In this document: positions 25,945 through 39,170 of the stretch, in pieces
Layout: every line of letters begins with the position of its first letter
Numbering within the stretch: position 1 is the first letter of the stretch
Source: Rhynchobatus australiae
Lineage: Eukaryota
Assembly (NCBI GenBank): GCA_034780895.1
Contig: JAUZTB010000118.1
Location: forward strand, 11,961,317-12,025,316
DNA: 64,000 nucleotides
Reading direction: 5' to 3'
The notes under the pieces: model-generated
What the model saw: only the letters and a program-made list of their open reading frames with translations
The model's database searches: none
Told to the model about the DNA's origin: nothing
Translations under genes and position numbers: made by a program

Positions 25945-26530
25945 AAGAACTGTAGATGCTGGAAATGTGAAATATTGGAATTAGAATTGGTTTATTATTG
26001 TCACTTGTACTGAGGTACAGTGAAAAACTTGTCTTGCATACCGTTCATACATATCAATTCATTATGTACACAGTGCATTGAGGTAGTACAAGGTAAAACA
26101 ATACAGAATGCAGAGTAGAGTGTCACAGCTACAGAGAAAGTGCAGTGCAGGTGGACAATAAGGTTCAAGATCATAACGAGGTAGACTGTGAGGTCAAGAG
26201 TCCATTTTATCGTACTAGGGAACCATTATAACCATTATAGTCTTATAACAGCAGGATAGAAGCTGTCCTTGAACCTGGTGCTACGTGCTTTCAGTCTTTT
26301 GTATCTTCTGCCTGATGGGAGAGGGGAGAAGAGAGAATAAAAAGAGAAAATGCTGGGAATACTCAGCAGGTCAGGCAACATCTGTGGGAAGAAAAACAAG
26401 GTTAACATTTCAGGTCAAAGGCCTTTCTCAGAACCAAGAAAGACAGAAAATAGGTTAGTTTTGTTGCAGAGAGGATGAGGGGGGATGGATAAAACAATGG
26501 GAAATTTCTGATAGGGTGAGGACAGGGTTG
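25945..26530 (-). mobile_element. Penelope-like terminus split by a Rex1 insertion
   Basis: ctgtagatgctggaaatgtgaaata | insertion | ataaaaagagaaaatgctgggaatactcagcaggtcaggcaacatctgtgg...gttaacatttcaggtc. Confidence 0.75.
25975..26336 (-). mobile_element. Rex1/Babar LINE 3' end (nested)
   Basis: ttggtttattattgtcacttgtactgaggtacagtgaaaaacttgtcttgcatac...ctgcctgatgggagaggggagaagagagaat, highly similar to 52238-52583. Confidence 0.85.
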
Positions 26531-27424
26531 CTATGGTGATAAGCTGTTGATGAAGCCATCTGGTTGATAGATTGATCAGGGAAGCTGGAAAGAGTAAAAC
26601 AAAGAGCATGTAAAAACGTGCAAAATACATGACAGCAGTAGGAACTACCAGCAGATTAGGCAGTGTGGGCATCCTTCTGCATGAGTGTCCCTCACTGTCC
26701 ATGGACCATGAAAATCAGGGAAATAGTGACCAGACTTGCAGTGGATGCCACTGGTCCTACTGTGCATCTCTGACCACCTCTGCCGATAAGCACATCAAAT
26801 GTCTGGAGGACCTAGAACAGAAAAGACTTTGTGGAGTGTGCCTTAGGTTCTGTAATCTTACCAAGCACTTTTGCTGCAGACATTGACACTGCACCTGAGT
26901 AAACTTCTAGACCTTTGCCTTCCCTCTCGTGTTGCTGCCCCCAAACGTAAGATGGGAAGTGATGACTATTATGTCGAGCAAACTCTGCGGTAAAGTATTC
27001 GGGTTAAAGCTTTGGGGATTCGGATGGTGGGAGTAGGGTGTGGCAAGACATGGGTACTGGTAGAGGGGTGTGGGAGCTGGGCAGGGTTGGGTATCTGAGA
27101 TTTACAAACATCGGTGTTGCGATAAGGAGTCATGACTGCACTTGTGTTTCTGTGGAGGTGTTTTCTTGCTCCAGTCAGGACAACACTGCAGGCATAATTC
27201 ACAGGCCATTGGAACATCTATCAGTATGTAGCCTTGTACTAACAAGTGCCTCACCTCCTCCACTGGCTGATTGGATGGTTTCAGAATCCCTGGACTGGAT
27301 GCACCTGGAACTAGTGGTTATAAGAAAATGCTGTCACCAGTTTTACTGAAATTTCTGGATTTTGTTTTTGTTTTAATTTCTATCATCAGCCATTGTGATC
27401 ATTTTTCTATATTCCATATTTCCT

Positions 27425-27720
27425 TACAGAGTCATAGAGCAGAGAAACAGACCCCATGGCCCACTTTGTCTGACATAGAAGGAGGGCATTTCAACCCATC
27501 CAATCTGCTCTGGCTCACTGTGCAATTCCATTCCCCACTAATTTTCCCTGTAACCTATTTCAGTCAACTCCAACTTGGATTCTGCCACTCACCAACACAC
27601 TAAGGGCAACCATGGCCAAGTTGAACTGCACCCAGGGGAAAGTGCAAACTCCACACAGATGGCACCTGATGTCAGGACTGGAGCTGTGGTAGCAGCTCTA
27701 CTCACTGCACCACTGCAGTG
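27425..27720 (-). mobile_element. HE1-like V-SINE, deleted copy
   Basis: gtgcaaactccacacagatggcacc...ggagctgtggtagcagctctactcactgcaccactg. Confidence 0.7.
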
Positions 27721-27814
27721 CCCCTTTTGGTATTCTGTTCCCCAACATGGACAGCGAAAACCCTGTAGAAGATTGGCAAAGATTTGGGTGGAATATTGCA
27801 CCACCACTCAATAT

Positions 27815-28450
27815 GATTATGGCTGATCTGTCCCAGGCCTTATCTCCCCTTATGTATCAGCTCCCCATAGCCATGAATTTCCTTGATCTTTCAAAAGTGT
27901 ATCCATCTCCTCTTTAAATACCTCCAATAATGTAGCCTCTACAATGCTCTGATGTAGAGTATTCCAAAGATTCACCACCCACTGTGAGAAGAAATTCCTA
28001 CGCAACTGAGTTTTAAATGACTGTCCCCTCGTCTTGTAACTATGACCCTTCACTTGAGACTCTCCCACTAGTGGAAACATCTCAACATCTACCTTCTCAT
28101 GCCCCCTTACGATCTTATAGGTTTCAATACGATCATTCGTCATTCTTCTAAACTCAAAAGAATATAGATCCAATTTCTTTAGCCATTTGTGGTAAGTCAA
28201 CCCTCCCATGCCAAAATCAATCTAGTGAATCTCATTTGAACTGTCATCAATGGCAGTATATTCTCTTTAAAATAAGGTCACCAGCACACTAGGTGGTGGG
28301 GGGAAGAGGAGGGTATTGGAGGAGGTGGGGAGTGTGGCCCCACCCTATACAATTGAAACAATACTTACCTGTTCCTAAACTCTGACCCCAACCTCACCCC
28401 CCCCCCCACCTCCGCAATAAAGACCAACGTGCCATTTACCTTCCTACCTA
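27815..28450 (-). mobile_element. CR1 3' region
   Basis: ORF 27850-28209 LYSFEFRRMTNDRIETYKIVRG...RNFFSQWVVNLWNTL is the CR1 ORF2 C-terminus. Confidence 0.9.
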
Positions 28451-29669
28451 CTTGTGGCACTTGACTACTAACTCTGTAATTCTGTAAAATTCCTGGTCAA
28501 TGAGACCATGTGAACCAGTTTTGTGGCTTTGTGTTAAATATTGGCAAGACCCCTCCTTTCACCAAGAGTTGGTGGGGCTGCCCTGTCCTCCTCAGCTGCT
28601 TAAAGCAAACCTGCTCCTCTCATGTTCCAACATTAGTTAGCTTACGGCCACCTGAAGTTCCAGCTCTTGTCGTGTAAACATCAATGTATGCTTAGAGTTA
28701 ATTTAAAAATCCAGCCTAAGAACTCTGATCCATGTCTGTAGGAAAAGTGGACTCCTGGGTATATGGATAATTAGAAGGTTATGCAGAACTGAAACATAAG
28801 GACAAGAGGTCAGTGAGCATTATCAAGCGCAGGGAAAGAAGCTGAAGAAGAATGCGATGGCTGTATTTTCTCAAAGCGGCAGAGTGAAGTTAGTGACTGT
28901 TAAAGGTAGTGCCATAACTTTCCTGATATTTAAGATAACTGATTCTTGTATCATTCAATACATCTTTGTTTTCATTATTGCAAGAGATTTAGTCTTAAAG
29001 AAAACCCCTCAAAAGGTTTATGAATTGAACATATATGTTCCCTTTTGCACTGTCAACTGCAAAGCTAAAAAAAAATGTCAAATAGATCATTGGTGTTATT
29101 TCGTAGGTTATGCTAAATCACAATCAACGTATTGCTTTCAGATGCAGAATACTAACAGATGTTGCTTTGCATAGGGCAGGCAGACACTGGTACATGATCC
29201 TATCATTTAAAATACTTACCAGTGGCTTAACCAGGATTATCAATAAACATGCTAAGTCTTTAATCCACCTAAATGTTCCAAACCAAAGTAAAAAATACAC
29301 ATGATGACCAGGAATGTACTTGGCTAATTTGAAGTACTGTGTGAGCCATGTTAATTATCTCAGCAATTGAAGATATCCAAGTCATTTGACTGCCAAGTCA
29401 GACAAAAAACTACAGCAAGTATTTTGCTGAACTTCATAATTGTAGCTTATCAAAAAAATCTGTCAGATAGGACCTGGCTCTTGATGATTACAAAACAGTG
29501 GGCTGGAAATTCTAGAATTCTCAGAAAGGTGTGTTAAGTGGCCAATACGTGGTGGCCAAAGATTAATTGTTTCAGGGCTCCCTGCTGCAAAGCTCTATAG
29601 TACATGAATGTGTCCAAAAGCCTTTCCTCCACTCCTTCAATAGTGATGGAGGTGTGAGATTCACAGTGG

Positions 29670-30400
29670 GAACATAGAACATAGAACATAGAACAGTACA
29701 GCACAGGAACAGGCCCTTTGGCCCACAATGTCTGTGCTGAATGTGATACCAAATTAAATAGTCCCTTCTGTTGTACATGATCTACATCCTTCCATTCCCT
29801 GCTCATTCATGTGCCTATCTAAAAGCCTCTTAAATGCCACTATTATATCTGCTTCCACCACCACCCTCAGCAGTGCATTCCAGGTACCTACCTCTTTCAG
29901 TGTAAAAGTTTTGCCCAGCACATCTCCTTTAAACTTTCCCTCTCTCACCTGAAACCTATGCCCTCTAGTATTTGACATTTCTACCTTGGGAAAAAGATTC
30001 TGACTATACCTCATATAATTTTATAAAATCCTATTATCTGGAGCTTCTGATGCTCCAAAGAAAGCAATCCAAGTTTGTCCAACCTCTCCTTTTTGCTAAT
30101 ACTCTCTACTCCAGGCAGCATCCTGGTGGATCTCTTCTGTACCATCTCCAAAGCCATCATTCCTGTAATGGGGCAACCAGAACTGTGCACAATACTCCAA
30201 GTGCAGCTTTACTGAAGTTTTGTACAACTGTAGTATGACTTCTTGACTCTTATACTCAATGTCCCTATTGATGTAGGCAAGTGTGCCATACTATATGCTT
30301 TCTTTATCACTCTATCTACTTGTATTTCCATTTACAGGGAGCAATGAACTTGCACACCAACATCCCTCTGTAGGTCGGTGCTGTTAAGGGTCCTACCATT
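29670..30400 (-). mobile_element. CR1 3' region
   Basis: (aacatag)x3 tail; ORF 29754-30014 LFPKVEMSNTRGHRFQVR...WNALL...FKRLLDRHMN. Confidence 0.9.
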
Positions 30401-30647
30401 ATGCCTGGCAGGGCTGAGGTCAGGATACCAGTGGCAGGTGGGAAAAGCAAAGACTTCAAAGGTAGGATCAGGGCAGGAGGGATATTGGGATGCAAAGGCT
30501 ACAGAGTTACTCCAGGTAGTATAATTGGGGAAGATGTGGAGAGGGGGCAGTATTGCGGCCCCAAGAGAGAGCCATATCTACCGTAGGTTTTTACTTAAAG
30601 TGAGGTCACCTCTGTGGGCTGAGACGAACTCAGGCAGATCTCCTTTA

Positions 30648-30925
30648 TATTGGTATTGGTTTATTATTGTCACTTGTACCGAGGTACAGTGACAAACTTG
30701 TCTTGCATACAGATCGTACAGGTCAATTCATAACAGTATAGTTACATTGGGTTAGTACAGAGTGCATTGATGTAGTACAGGTAAAAACAATAACAGTACA
30801 GAATAAAGTGTCCCAGCTACAGAGAAAGTGCAGTGCAATAAGGTGCAAGGTCACAACGAGGTAGATCGTGAGGCTCTAATCCATTATCATCGTATAAGGG
30901 AACGTTCAACAGTCTTATCACAGGA
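30648..30925 (-). mobile_element. Rex1/Babar LINE 3' end
   Basis: attggtattggtttattattgtcacttgtaccgaggtacagtgac. Confidence 0.85.
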
Positions 30926-32129
30926 GACCTTTCATGTCTTGTGAAGGTTTGTTTTTGAATGAATGAGCCACTACATATCCATGGTCATGAATTAAAATCA
31001 AGCAAGTGGAGTGAGGAGCTGTTTTGCATGTTGTTAGCCACCACTGCACGTTTCCAAGTAGCTCCATGTATTAACGTCTCTTATGCAGAGACGACCCAGA
31101 AGGGAACTCCCAGATCTTGCAATCTATGTGGCAAGTTCCCAACTTCCGTTACCAATAAAAGTGCTATGTGATAGAATTTCTATGCAACTATCTTCCAAAT
31201 ATTGCACAATTTACATGACAATTGTACTTAAAATGAATGTAAGTTAGATATCTTCTGTCCTTTTAGTTAGAACACGTCGTTTAAAAACAATTGCATCACA
31301 AAATAACACCTTACTTTACCATTAAAAAATCAATCACAACATTGGCACTGAACATCCAAATGCCTGGGATCATTACAGCATCCATATGGGTGGAAATTAG
31401 TCACCATTATACCCATTGTTGAGGCAGCCAATGGAGCAAAAAGGACTAATATGATTTTAAAGAAATTTGTAGTAATCTGCATTTGAGAAAATTGTTAATT
31501 GGAAAATTTTCAAGACTAATTATTTATTGATGTCTTACTGTTTTCTTCGTGGAGTTGAATTTTTGGGTTAGAAATTGGCTTCATTTTATTTGTATGTAAT
31601 AAGGAAAGATTTAGAAATTCATGTTTGTAGAACAAGACAATAGTTAATCTCCCACTTGCAATGTACCTCTGAAAAACAATCAGCACAATATTGACGGAGT
31701 TATTTTTTATTAAAGATCCTGTTTAAGGTCTTATGACTGAAATAGATTTGGGATGAATGGTGCAGGAAAATTCTCACACTGTAGCTGACCCTCAAACATT
31801 TCCCATCAACACAAAGGGTTAGAGTTTATCTGTGCTCAGCAAGCATTGAAGTGTTAGTTTCCTTCCATCATAAGATCAGAAGTGGGGATGTTCAATATTC
31901 AATTTTATTTGCAACTCTTAACCAATAATATAGCTCATGCCTATTTGCAGCAAGACCTAGGCAATATTCAGGCATGAGCTGATGTGGCAATTAATGTTTG
32001 TAGCACAAAACTGCCACACAATAGGCATCTTTAGCTAGAATGCAACCGCTAACTCTTGGCATTCAATGGCATTGCCATCACCAGGACTCCACCCTCATCG
32101 ATCTGGGGGCCATTATTAATCAGGAACTC

Positions 32130-33680
32130 AATTGGACCTGTCCTGCTACCTTTCTGGATCTGTGGAGATATATTCCAAGGTCCCTCTGTTGCTCCATGTC
32201 TCCCTTATTGTGTTCCCCAAATGTATTACCTCACGTCTGTCTGGACTGACTGTCAGTCCTGTAACACCTTCCTTGTTACCACCTCTAAAACTTCAATCAA
32301 AGTAGTTAGGGAGTACCTTTCGTTAACAAATCAATGTTGACTGCCCTCGACTACTCTCTGCCATATTTTAATGGAAGTTTATATTGTCCTTTATAATTGA
32401 TTCCTCTAATTTGCCTGCTACTGAATATTTTAACTGTCTTTTCCTTATTAAATTTATCCTTCGCTTTTTAAACAATCCTAAACAAAGAGGGAAATGACAG
32501 ATGATGGTCAGAGCCTCTGCAATTTCCTCCTTTGCTGCTTTTAACAGCTTGGGATATAATTCATTTAAACCTGAAGAATTATCCACTTTCAAAACTGCTA
32601 AAGTCCTGAATATTTCCTCAGTTACTATGTTTATCCCATCCAATATTTCACAAATTTCCTCTTTAACTGTGATATTGGCATTATCCCCTACTTTAGTGAA
32701 GACAGCTGTGAAGTACTCAACTTCACAGATCCTCAGCCTCCGTACATTGGTTATCTTTTGGTTCCTAATAGGCCCTGTTCTTTCCTTAACTATCTTCTTG
32801 CTCTTCACCTGCCTACAAACATTTTTGTGTTTCCACTGATCTTACTTGCCAGTATTTTCTCATGTCCTCTCTTTGTTTTTCTAATTATCCTTTTAGTTTC
32901 GGCCCTACTCTTTCAATGCACTTTGTTTCTCTGTATTAAGCTCTCAGTGTCTGACCTAAACTTCTCTTTTCTCCTTGTGTCTTTCTCCAAGTGTCAGGCC
33001 CAGAACTGTACACAGAGCTCTACACAATGGTCTGGTCATGGCCAAACCGTGTGTTATAAGTCTTATCATGATTTCCTTGCTTTTGTATCCTTTGCTTCTG
33101 TTTATGAAGTCTAGGGTCCTATATGCTTTCTTAACCACTTTCTCAAACTGCCCTGCTCATTCAATGAACTATAATGAACTATGCACATATTCCCACAGAC
33201 CTCTCTGTTATTGTACCCTTTTTTAATAGTATCCTCAAGTTTATATCGTCTCTTCTCATTCTTCCTACCAAAATGTAACACTTCGGATTTCTCAGGTTTA
33301 AGTTTCATCAGCTCCCTATCTGCCTATTCTATCAATCTGTCTACATTTCCTTTAAGTCTATTGCAATCCTCTTATCCACCTTGTTATTCAGTAGGTTCAA
33401 GATTTGGCAGTCCTGCTCTTTTCTGTGTGGCAAGATTTAACCCCTTGAATCACCTTTTTGAATACCTCCCATTGTTCAGAGACTGATTTAACTTCGTACC
33501 TGTTTCCAGTTCACTTTTTCACCTCAGTCTAGTAAAATTACCCTGACCCCAATTTAAAACAATAACTCCTTTGTTATCTTTGTCTTTTTTCATAACTATG
33601 AATTATGTTTGCTGCTACAGAAGTGCTCTCCCACTGCCGCTCCTTCCACCTGCCCAACTTCCTTCCCTAAAACTAAATTA
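32130..33680 (-). mobile_element. CR1 LINE RT-region fragments (rearranged or multiple)
   Basis: ORFs LKVDNSSGLNELYPKLLKAAKEEIAEALTII (32368-32808), MKLKPEKSEVLHFGRKN (33111-33308) and VKKAYRTLDFINR..YKSKEIM (32956-33138). Confidence 0.85.
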
Positions 33681-33719
33681 AGAATTTATTCCCTAAATAT
33701 TAGGAGTAGGAGTAGGGTG

Positions 33720-34130
33720 AAGAAGAGGTAGGAGTTTGGTCCCTTGAGCCAGCTCTGCCATTCAGTAAGATTGTGGCTGATCCTTTATCTCAGTGCCATT
33801 TTTTGCACTAATCCACATTCCCTTTAGTATCTAAAAATCTATCTGTCTTTGTCATGAATAATCTTAGCAACTGAGTATCCACAGCCTTTCTGGAAAGCAA
33901 AGTTTAAAGATTCACAGTCCTCTAAGTGAAGAAATTTCTTTTCATTTTCGTTCTGAATACCCAACCCCTTATTTTCAGTGTGACCCCTGTGTCATCGCAC
34001 CCAAGTGAAACATCATCTCTGTAACAGTTCTGTGAAGACCCAAACATTTCAATGTGATTACCTCTTGTTCTCTTAAACTCTAGAGAGAATAGGTCCAGTT
34101 TACTTAACCTTTACTCACAGGAAAAACCCC
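33720..34130 (-). mobile_element. CR1 3' end
   Basis: cccttgagccagctctgccattcagtaagattgtggctgatc...gtgaagaaatttctt. Confidence 0.7.
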
Positions 34131-34334
34131 ATGTCTAGGTATCATCCTCTCGATTCTAACCTCTCATGTTGGGCTTGCTATACACTGGCTAAAAAGCTCT
34201 GTCAGCTGCAGCTTAGAACTTCTGTGTTCCCTATAACTTTTACATTGACTTTAATAGCAGGATCAGTGAGATCCTGCAGTAATACTGCTCTGGTAATTTT
34301 GCACTTGTCAGAAATATTTTTTTTATCTCTCACA

Positions 34335-36910
34335 AGAAGGCAAGGAAATAAAATCAAGGGTAGGCCACCAGACTCCTCAAGCCTGCCCTGTAATTCAAAA
34401 TGATCATGGATGATCTTTGCTGGCCTCAACTCCTCTTCAGTGCCAGTTCCCCATAACCTTTAATTCCTTGATCGTTCAAAAATGTATGCATCTTCACCTT
34501 AAATATTTCTAATGATCTGAACTCCCCCAGGTCATTAATGTAAACAATCAACAACCAAGGACTAAGAACCGATCCCCGGCGTACTACAGCAGTTCCATCC
34601 CTCCAGCCTGAAATGGATCCATTTATTCCAACTCTACTTCCTATGTGACAGGCAGTTTTCTCTCTATATTAACATATTTCCTCTTTTACGTTAATTTATG
34701 CACATGCCTCTTATGTGGCACCTTGTCAAATGCTTTATGGAAATCTAATTGCACTACATCTACAGGTTTCCCCCCATCAATTCTCCCTGTAACATCAAAG
34801 GACTTGAGCAAATTTGTCAAACATGATTCACCTTTCATAAAACTATGTTGACTAGCTTTGATTATATTCAGCTCACCTAAATAATTAGTTATTTTCTCTT
34901 TGCTTATTGATCCTAGCATCTTGCCAACAATAGATATTAAATGAATTGGCCTATAGTTCCCCATTGTCTGTCTTCCTCCCTTTGTGAACGAGGGAGTTAA
35001 ATCGACTGTTTTCCAATGTTCTGGTTCTCTCCCAGAATTGAATGAGTTTTGAAAATTTCAGCCACCTCCTTTATAACCCACAGGTGCAGGTTATCAGCAA
35101 TTTCTTTGCCTTTAGCCCCATGATTTTCTCTAATGCTTTATCCCTTGTGATTTTGAGTTTTACAACTTCCTTCCTGATATTTGAAATTAGCCCATCTGTT
35201 ATCTTAAGGATATTTGTAGTGTCCTCCCTGGTGGTACAAAAATTGATTTAACATATCTGACATTTCTTTGTTTCCTGTTATTAATTCACCAGCCTCATTC
35301 TCTAGAGGGCCCACGCTTACCTTAGCTGTCCTCTTCCTTTATATAGCTATAGAAACTCTTCCTGTTTGTTTGGATATTACATGCATGTTTTCTCTCAAAA
35401 TCAATTTGTTTTCCCTTCTAATGACCTTTTACTTTTTTGCTGCTGGATCCTGAAGGCTTCCCAGTCCTATGACCTATCACCAGTCCTTGCCATTTTGTAT
35501 GCCCTACTTCTCGTCCTTGGCCTCCTTTGTTAATCACAGAATGTACCTCTTTCTCTGGAACCTCTTCTAATTGGGATAAATTCCTGCTGAGTGTTATGGA
35601 CCTGTTCTTTGATTATCTGCTACAGTTCATCTACTGACTTGCCTCTTAGCTCACTTTCCCAGTCCACTTCAGACAACTGTACCTTCATGCCATTATCCTT
35701 GCCCTTATTAAGTTGAAGACTGTGGTTTTGGTCCTGTGGTGTTCATCCTCAAACTGCACATGGAATTCTATGATTTTGTGGTCACCACCTCCTAGGAGAT
35801 CTTCAACCACAAAATCCCTTATTAATCTTTCCTCATTATGCATCACCAAATCTAAAATAGCCCATCCCTGGGTAGGTTCCATAACATATTTCTCTAAGAT
35901 GTTATCCCTGACACTCTCCATAAATTCTTCTTCTTGCCAGNNNNNNNNNNNNNNNNNNNNNNNNNNNNNNNNNNNNNNNNNNNNNNNNNNNNNNNNNNNN
36001 NNNNNNNNNNNNNNNNNNNNNNNNNNNNNNNNNNNNNNNNCTGAAGTACTCTACAATTTTTTCTTCTTGCCAGTTTGGTTCATCCAATCAATATGCAAAT
36101 TAAAATTTTCTATGATTCCTTCAAACATGCTCTTGATATTTTCCCAGTTATTCTCCACCCTATTAAGAGGTCACATTTTGGGGGCCTATAGACTATTCCC
36201 ACCCGCATCTTCCTTCTCTTGCTATTCATGATTTCAACCCAAATTGATTCAACATTATTAACCACTGCTTCTCTATCTTGCCTCAACACCACTCTGATAC
36301 CCTCCTTGATTAACAAAGCTACCTCACCCTCTTTCCCTTTTGGCCTGTTGTTTTGGAACATCGTATAACCTGGAACACTGAGAACCCTGCAAAATGGTTA
36401 TTAGATCATACTCATATGTTGCTATCTGTGCAATCAACTCACCTATCTTATTGCAAATGCTATATCCATTCAAATAAAGACCATTAAGCTTTGATTTTTT
36501 TTTACAGTTTTACTAACTCTGGACTTGCTCTGTGCTGCATACTTTGGTTTACATTATCTGCCCCAGCCTGTCACACTTTGCTTGTCAAAATTCCCCCTCA
36601 CTATCCTGTTTCCTTTTGATTTATTAAATATCCTATACTTGGAGCCCTCCCCTATCCTACTTAGGTTGGCGCCTTGTCTAAAACCCTGTTTATGTGATTC
36701 ACCAGGCCATTGGTCCCAGCATGCTCCAGGTAAAGACCATCCCAATGTAACAGCTCTCTCCTTCCCTGGTCCTTTTGTCCCATGGAACAGAAACCATTTC
36801 GACTGCACCACACTTTAAGCCATCCATTTATCTCTCTAATCCTATTTTATCTTTGCCAATTTGCACATGGTTCAAGTAATAATCCAGAGTTTATTACACT
36901 TGTGGTTCTG
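34335..36910 (-). mobile_element. Near-full-span CR1 LINE relic (ORF1 esterase end, APE endonuclease, RT) with deletions
   Basis: GNYRPIHLISIVGKML...SQHSFMKGESCLTNLL...LDFHKAFDKVPH (34686-34964); EPTQGWAILDLV...GGDHKIIEF (35685-35921); VALLIKE...ESIWVE...GIVYRPP (36110-36361); ORF1-like HWDGLYL at ~36730-36750. Confidence 0.9.
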
Positions 36911-37342
36911 CCTGTCAATTTTACTCGTCTATGGTACATTTCAGAGAGTAATTTTGCTGCTTTTTGACATGCTCTCTCCTTTTATATCCTCCTATTTCAT
37001 ATTACTGAAATATAACTTAAAGAGAGATAAGAATATCGTTAAGCTGCCATTCCCATCCCTCTTGAAGTCATTTCAGTAATACTTTAGCTAAAATGTTAAA
37101 CTTCCATGAGCCTATCTGTTGCTTCAGCTCACCTGTCTTACACACTCTTGTTCTTTAACAGTCCCGCAGGATTGAGGATGATCTGCCTCCACTGAGGAGT
37201 GGAATGTAGTTGAGTGTGATTTCCATTAATATGGGATAACTGTTACACCCCAGCAATGATATGGTCTTGACAGAGCGAGTTCTTGGTTCATTTGCAAGGA
37301 GGTCAAAGGCAACTGGAGTTGAGGCTCTGCTGTATGCTTCAG

Positions 37343-37343
<1 letters not shown>

Positions 37344-37379
<36 letters not shown>
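37344..37379. repeat. (CA)18 microsatellite
   Basis: Direct reading. Confidence 0.98.
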
Positions 37380-37381
<2 letters not shown>

Positions 37382-38219
37382 GTACACACACTCAATGTAC
37401 TCTGACCACCCATAATAATCTTGTACACACTCTTTTCCTCAGCTTCCCTCTCTCAACCACCTTCCTCACCCTGAGCCCCTCAGTCTCTCTATCTCTGACC
37501 CCTCTCCCCAAATCTCCTCCCTCAGCCTCACCGCCCTCTTGGTCTTCATCCCTGTCGGTTCTCTCCCCCTTCTTTCATCTCCTCATGCCCCCACTACCCT
37601 GCCCAATCTCCAGCTATCAGCTCTGACCCTCTCCGAGAGGGAAACCTCTGACTGATTGCTGTGGGCCCACCCAAGCTCACATCCAATCCCAGCAGCTGCA
37701 TCAACTAAAGCCTTCGGAACCTGCACACTTCTCCCAGTAAACCTCTGGAGAATCTTCAACTGCCTTCGCAATGCTGCTTGATGTCAACACACTGTGGTCT
37801 TATTGCTGGGTCCCAGGGTTTAACTTCCCAGTGGCTGGGGATGGATTCATTCTGCTGGAGTGGAAGTGTCTGACCCAGCAGGAATTGTGACTCTAAGTGC
37901 AGTCCTCTGCTGTAGGCTCTGTGGGCCAGCCTTGTAGTACTTTTGTACTACGAACACCATATCCAACAGTCATGGTCAGTACTTATGAGCATCTTACAAT
38001 TGCCAATTGAACATCATATTGTGGGTGGGGCACACTGAGGGATCAGCTACTGTGGGAGGGGCAGTGCTGAGGGAGTGCAATACCGTGGGAGTGGCAGCAC
38101 CAACTTTATAAACTGTACACTTTGGATTTAGACGATTAACATTAAGTCCAGTCAAAATCCTGTTCCGTCCACTTACCAATCTTTGCTTGCTCTGCCCTCC
38201 AAGCTCCCTCATTAATTTT

Positions 38220-39170
38220 TTGCCTTCCATGTTCAGCTTTGCTTTTTGATTCCCCTGCCAACTAGCTTAAACCTTCCCCAACAGCAACTGCATACCTGTC
38301 CATGAATATGTTCACCTGGTTCTACTGAGGAGCAACCCCAGTGGCATGTATAGGTCCCACCTTCCCGGCACTGGTCCCAATGACCCAGGAATCTGAAGCC
38401 TTCCCTCCTGCACCATCTCCTCAGTCGTTCACTGAACTGTGCTCGCCTCCCACGTCTGTCCTCACTGTTGCATAATCGGGAGATTACTACCTTTGAGGTC
38501 CTGCTTCTTAATCTCTTTCCTAACTCCTTAAAATCTGTTGCTGGACCTCATCGTTTCCTCTACCTGCATTGTTGGCACTAATATGGATAATAACCTCTGG
38601 CTGTTCAGCCTTCTCTCCAGAGCATTCAACATCAGCTCAGTGATATCCTTAACCTTGGCACCAGGACCACCTTGGAGTCATGTTTGTAACCACTGAATCA
38701 CTTGTCTTCTCCTCCAACTATATAATCCCTATTGCAACTGATCTTTCTTTTCTCTCCCTGTACAGCTGAACCACACAGGGTGGTAAAGGGTAGGGCTTGC
38801 TGTACTCTCCAGGAGAACCCTGTCCCTTGGCAACATGCAGAACCAAATGCTGGTTCGAGGGCAGGGTGCCCTCAGGGGTCTCCTGTACTACCTGCCTGCT
38901 CTTTTTTGTCTGTCTGGAAGTCACCCATTCCCTTTCTCCCTGCATTCTCTTGAGCTGTGGGGACAACCATCTCCTGAAACAAGCTATCTGTGAAGAACTA
39001 CGCATCATAGATGGACACAAGTGACTCCAGTGTGGCTTAAGCTCCAAAACACAGAGGTCAAGCTCCACCAGCTGACAACACTGCCTTCCCCTGTGGTTGG
39101 CCAGGACACAGGAAGCATCCTGGAGTTCCCACACGGCACAGCAGTTGCCCCGCCATACCGTACTTAGCAG
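38220..39170 (-). mobile_element. CR1 ORF1 relic (N-terminal Cys-rich/leucine-zipper region plus SGNH esterase-like domain)
   Basis: CCAVWELQD...CCQLVELDLCVLELK and EWVTSR...QETPEGTLPSNQH (38718-39308); the reverse of 38370-38420 reads WCRREGFRFLGHWDQ. Confidence 0.8.

Noticed and set aside
35921-36072. Duplicated ttcttcttgccag either side of a gap (similarly tagggga around the 47773-47872 gap)
   Set aside because: Typical unmerged contig overlap at 100-N gaps.
37200-37222. tggaatgtag..., resembling the miR-1/206 5' end
   Set aside because: Only the seed region matches, and I saw no convincing precursor hairpin.
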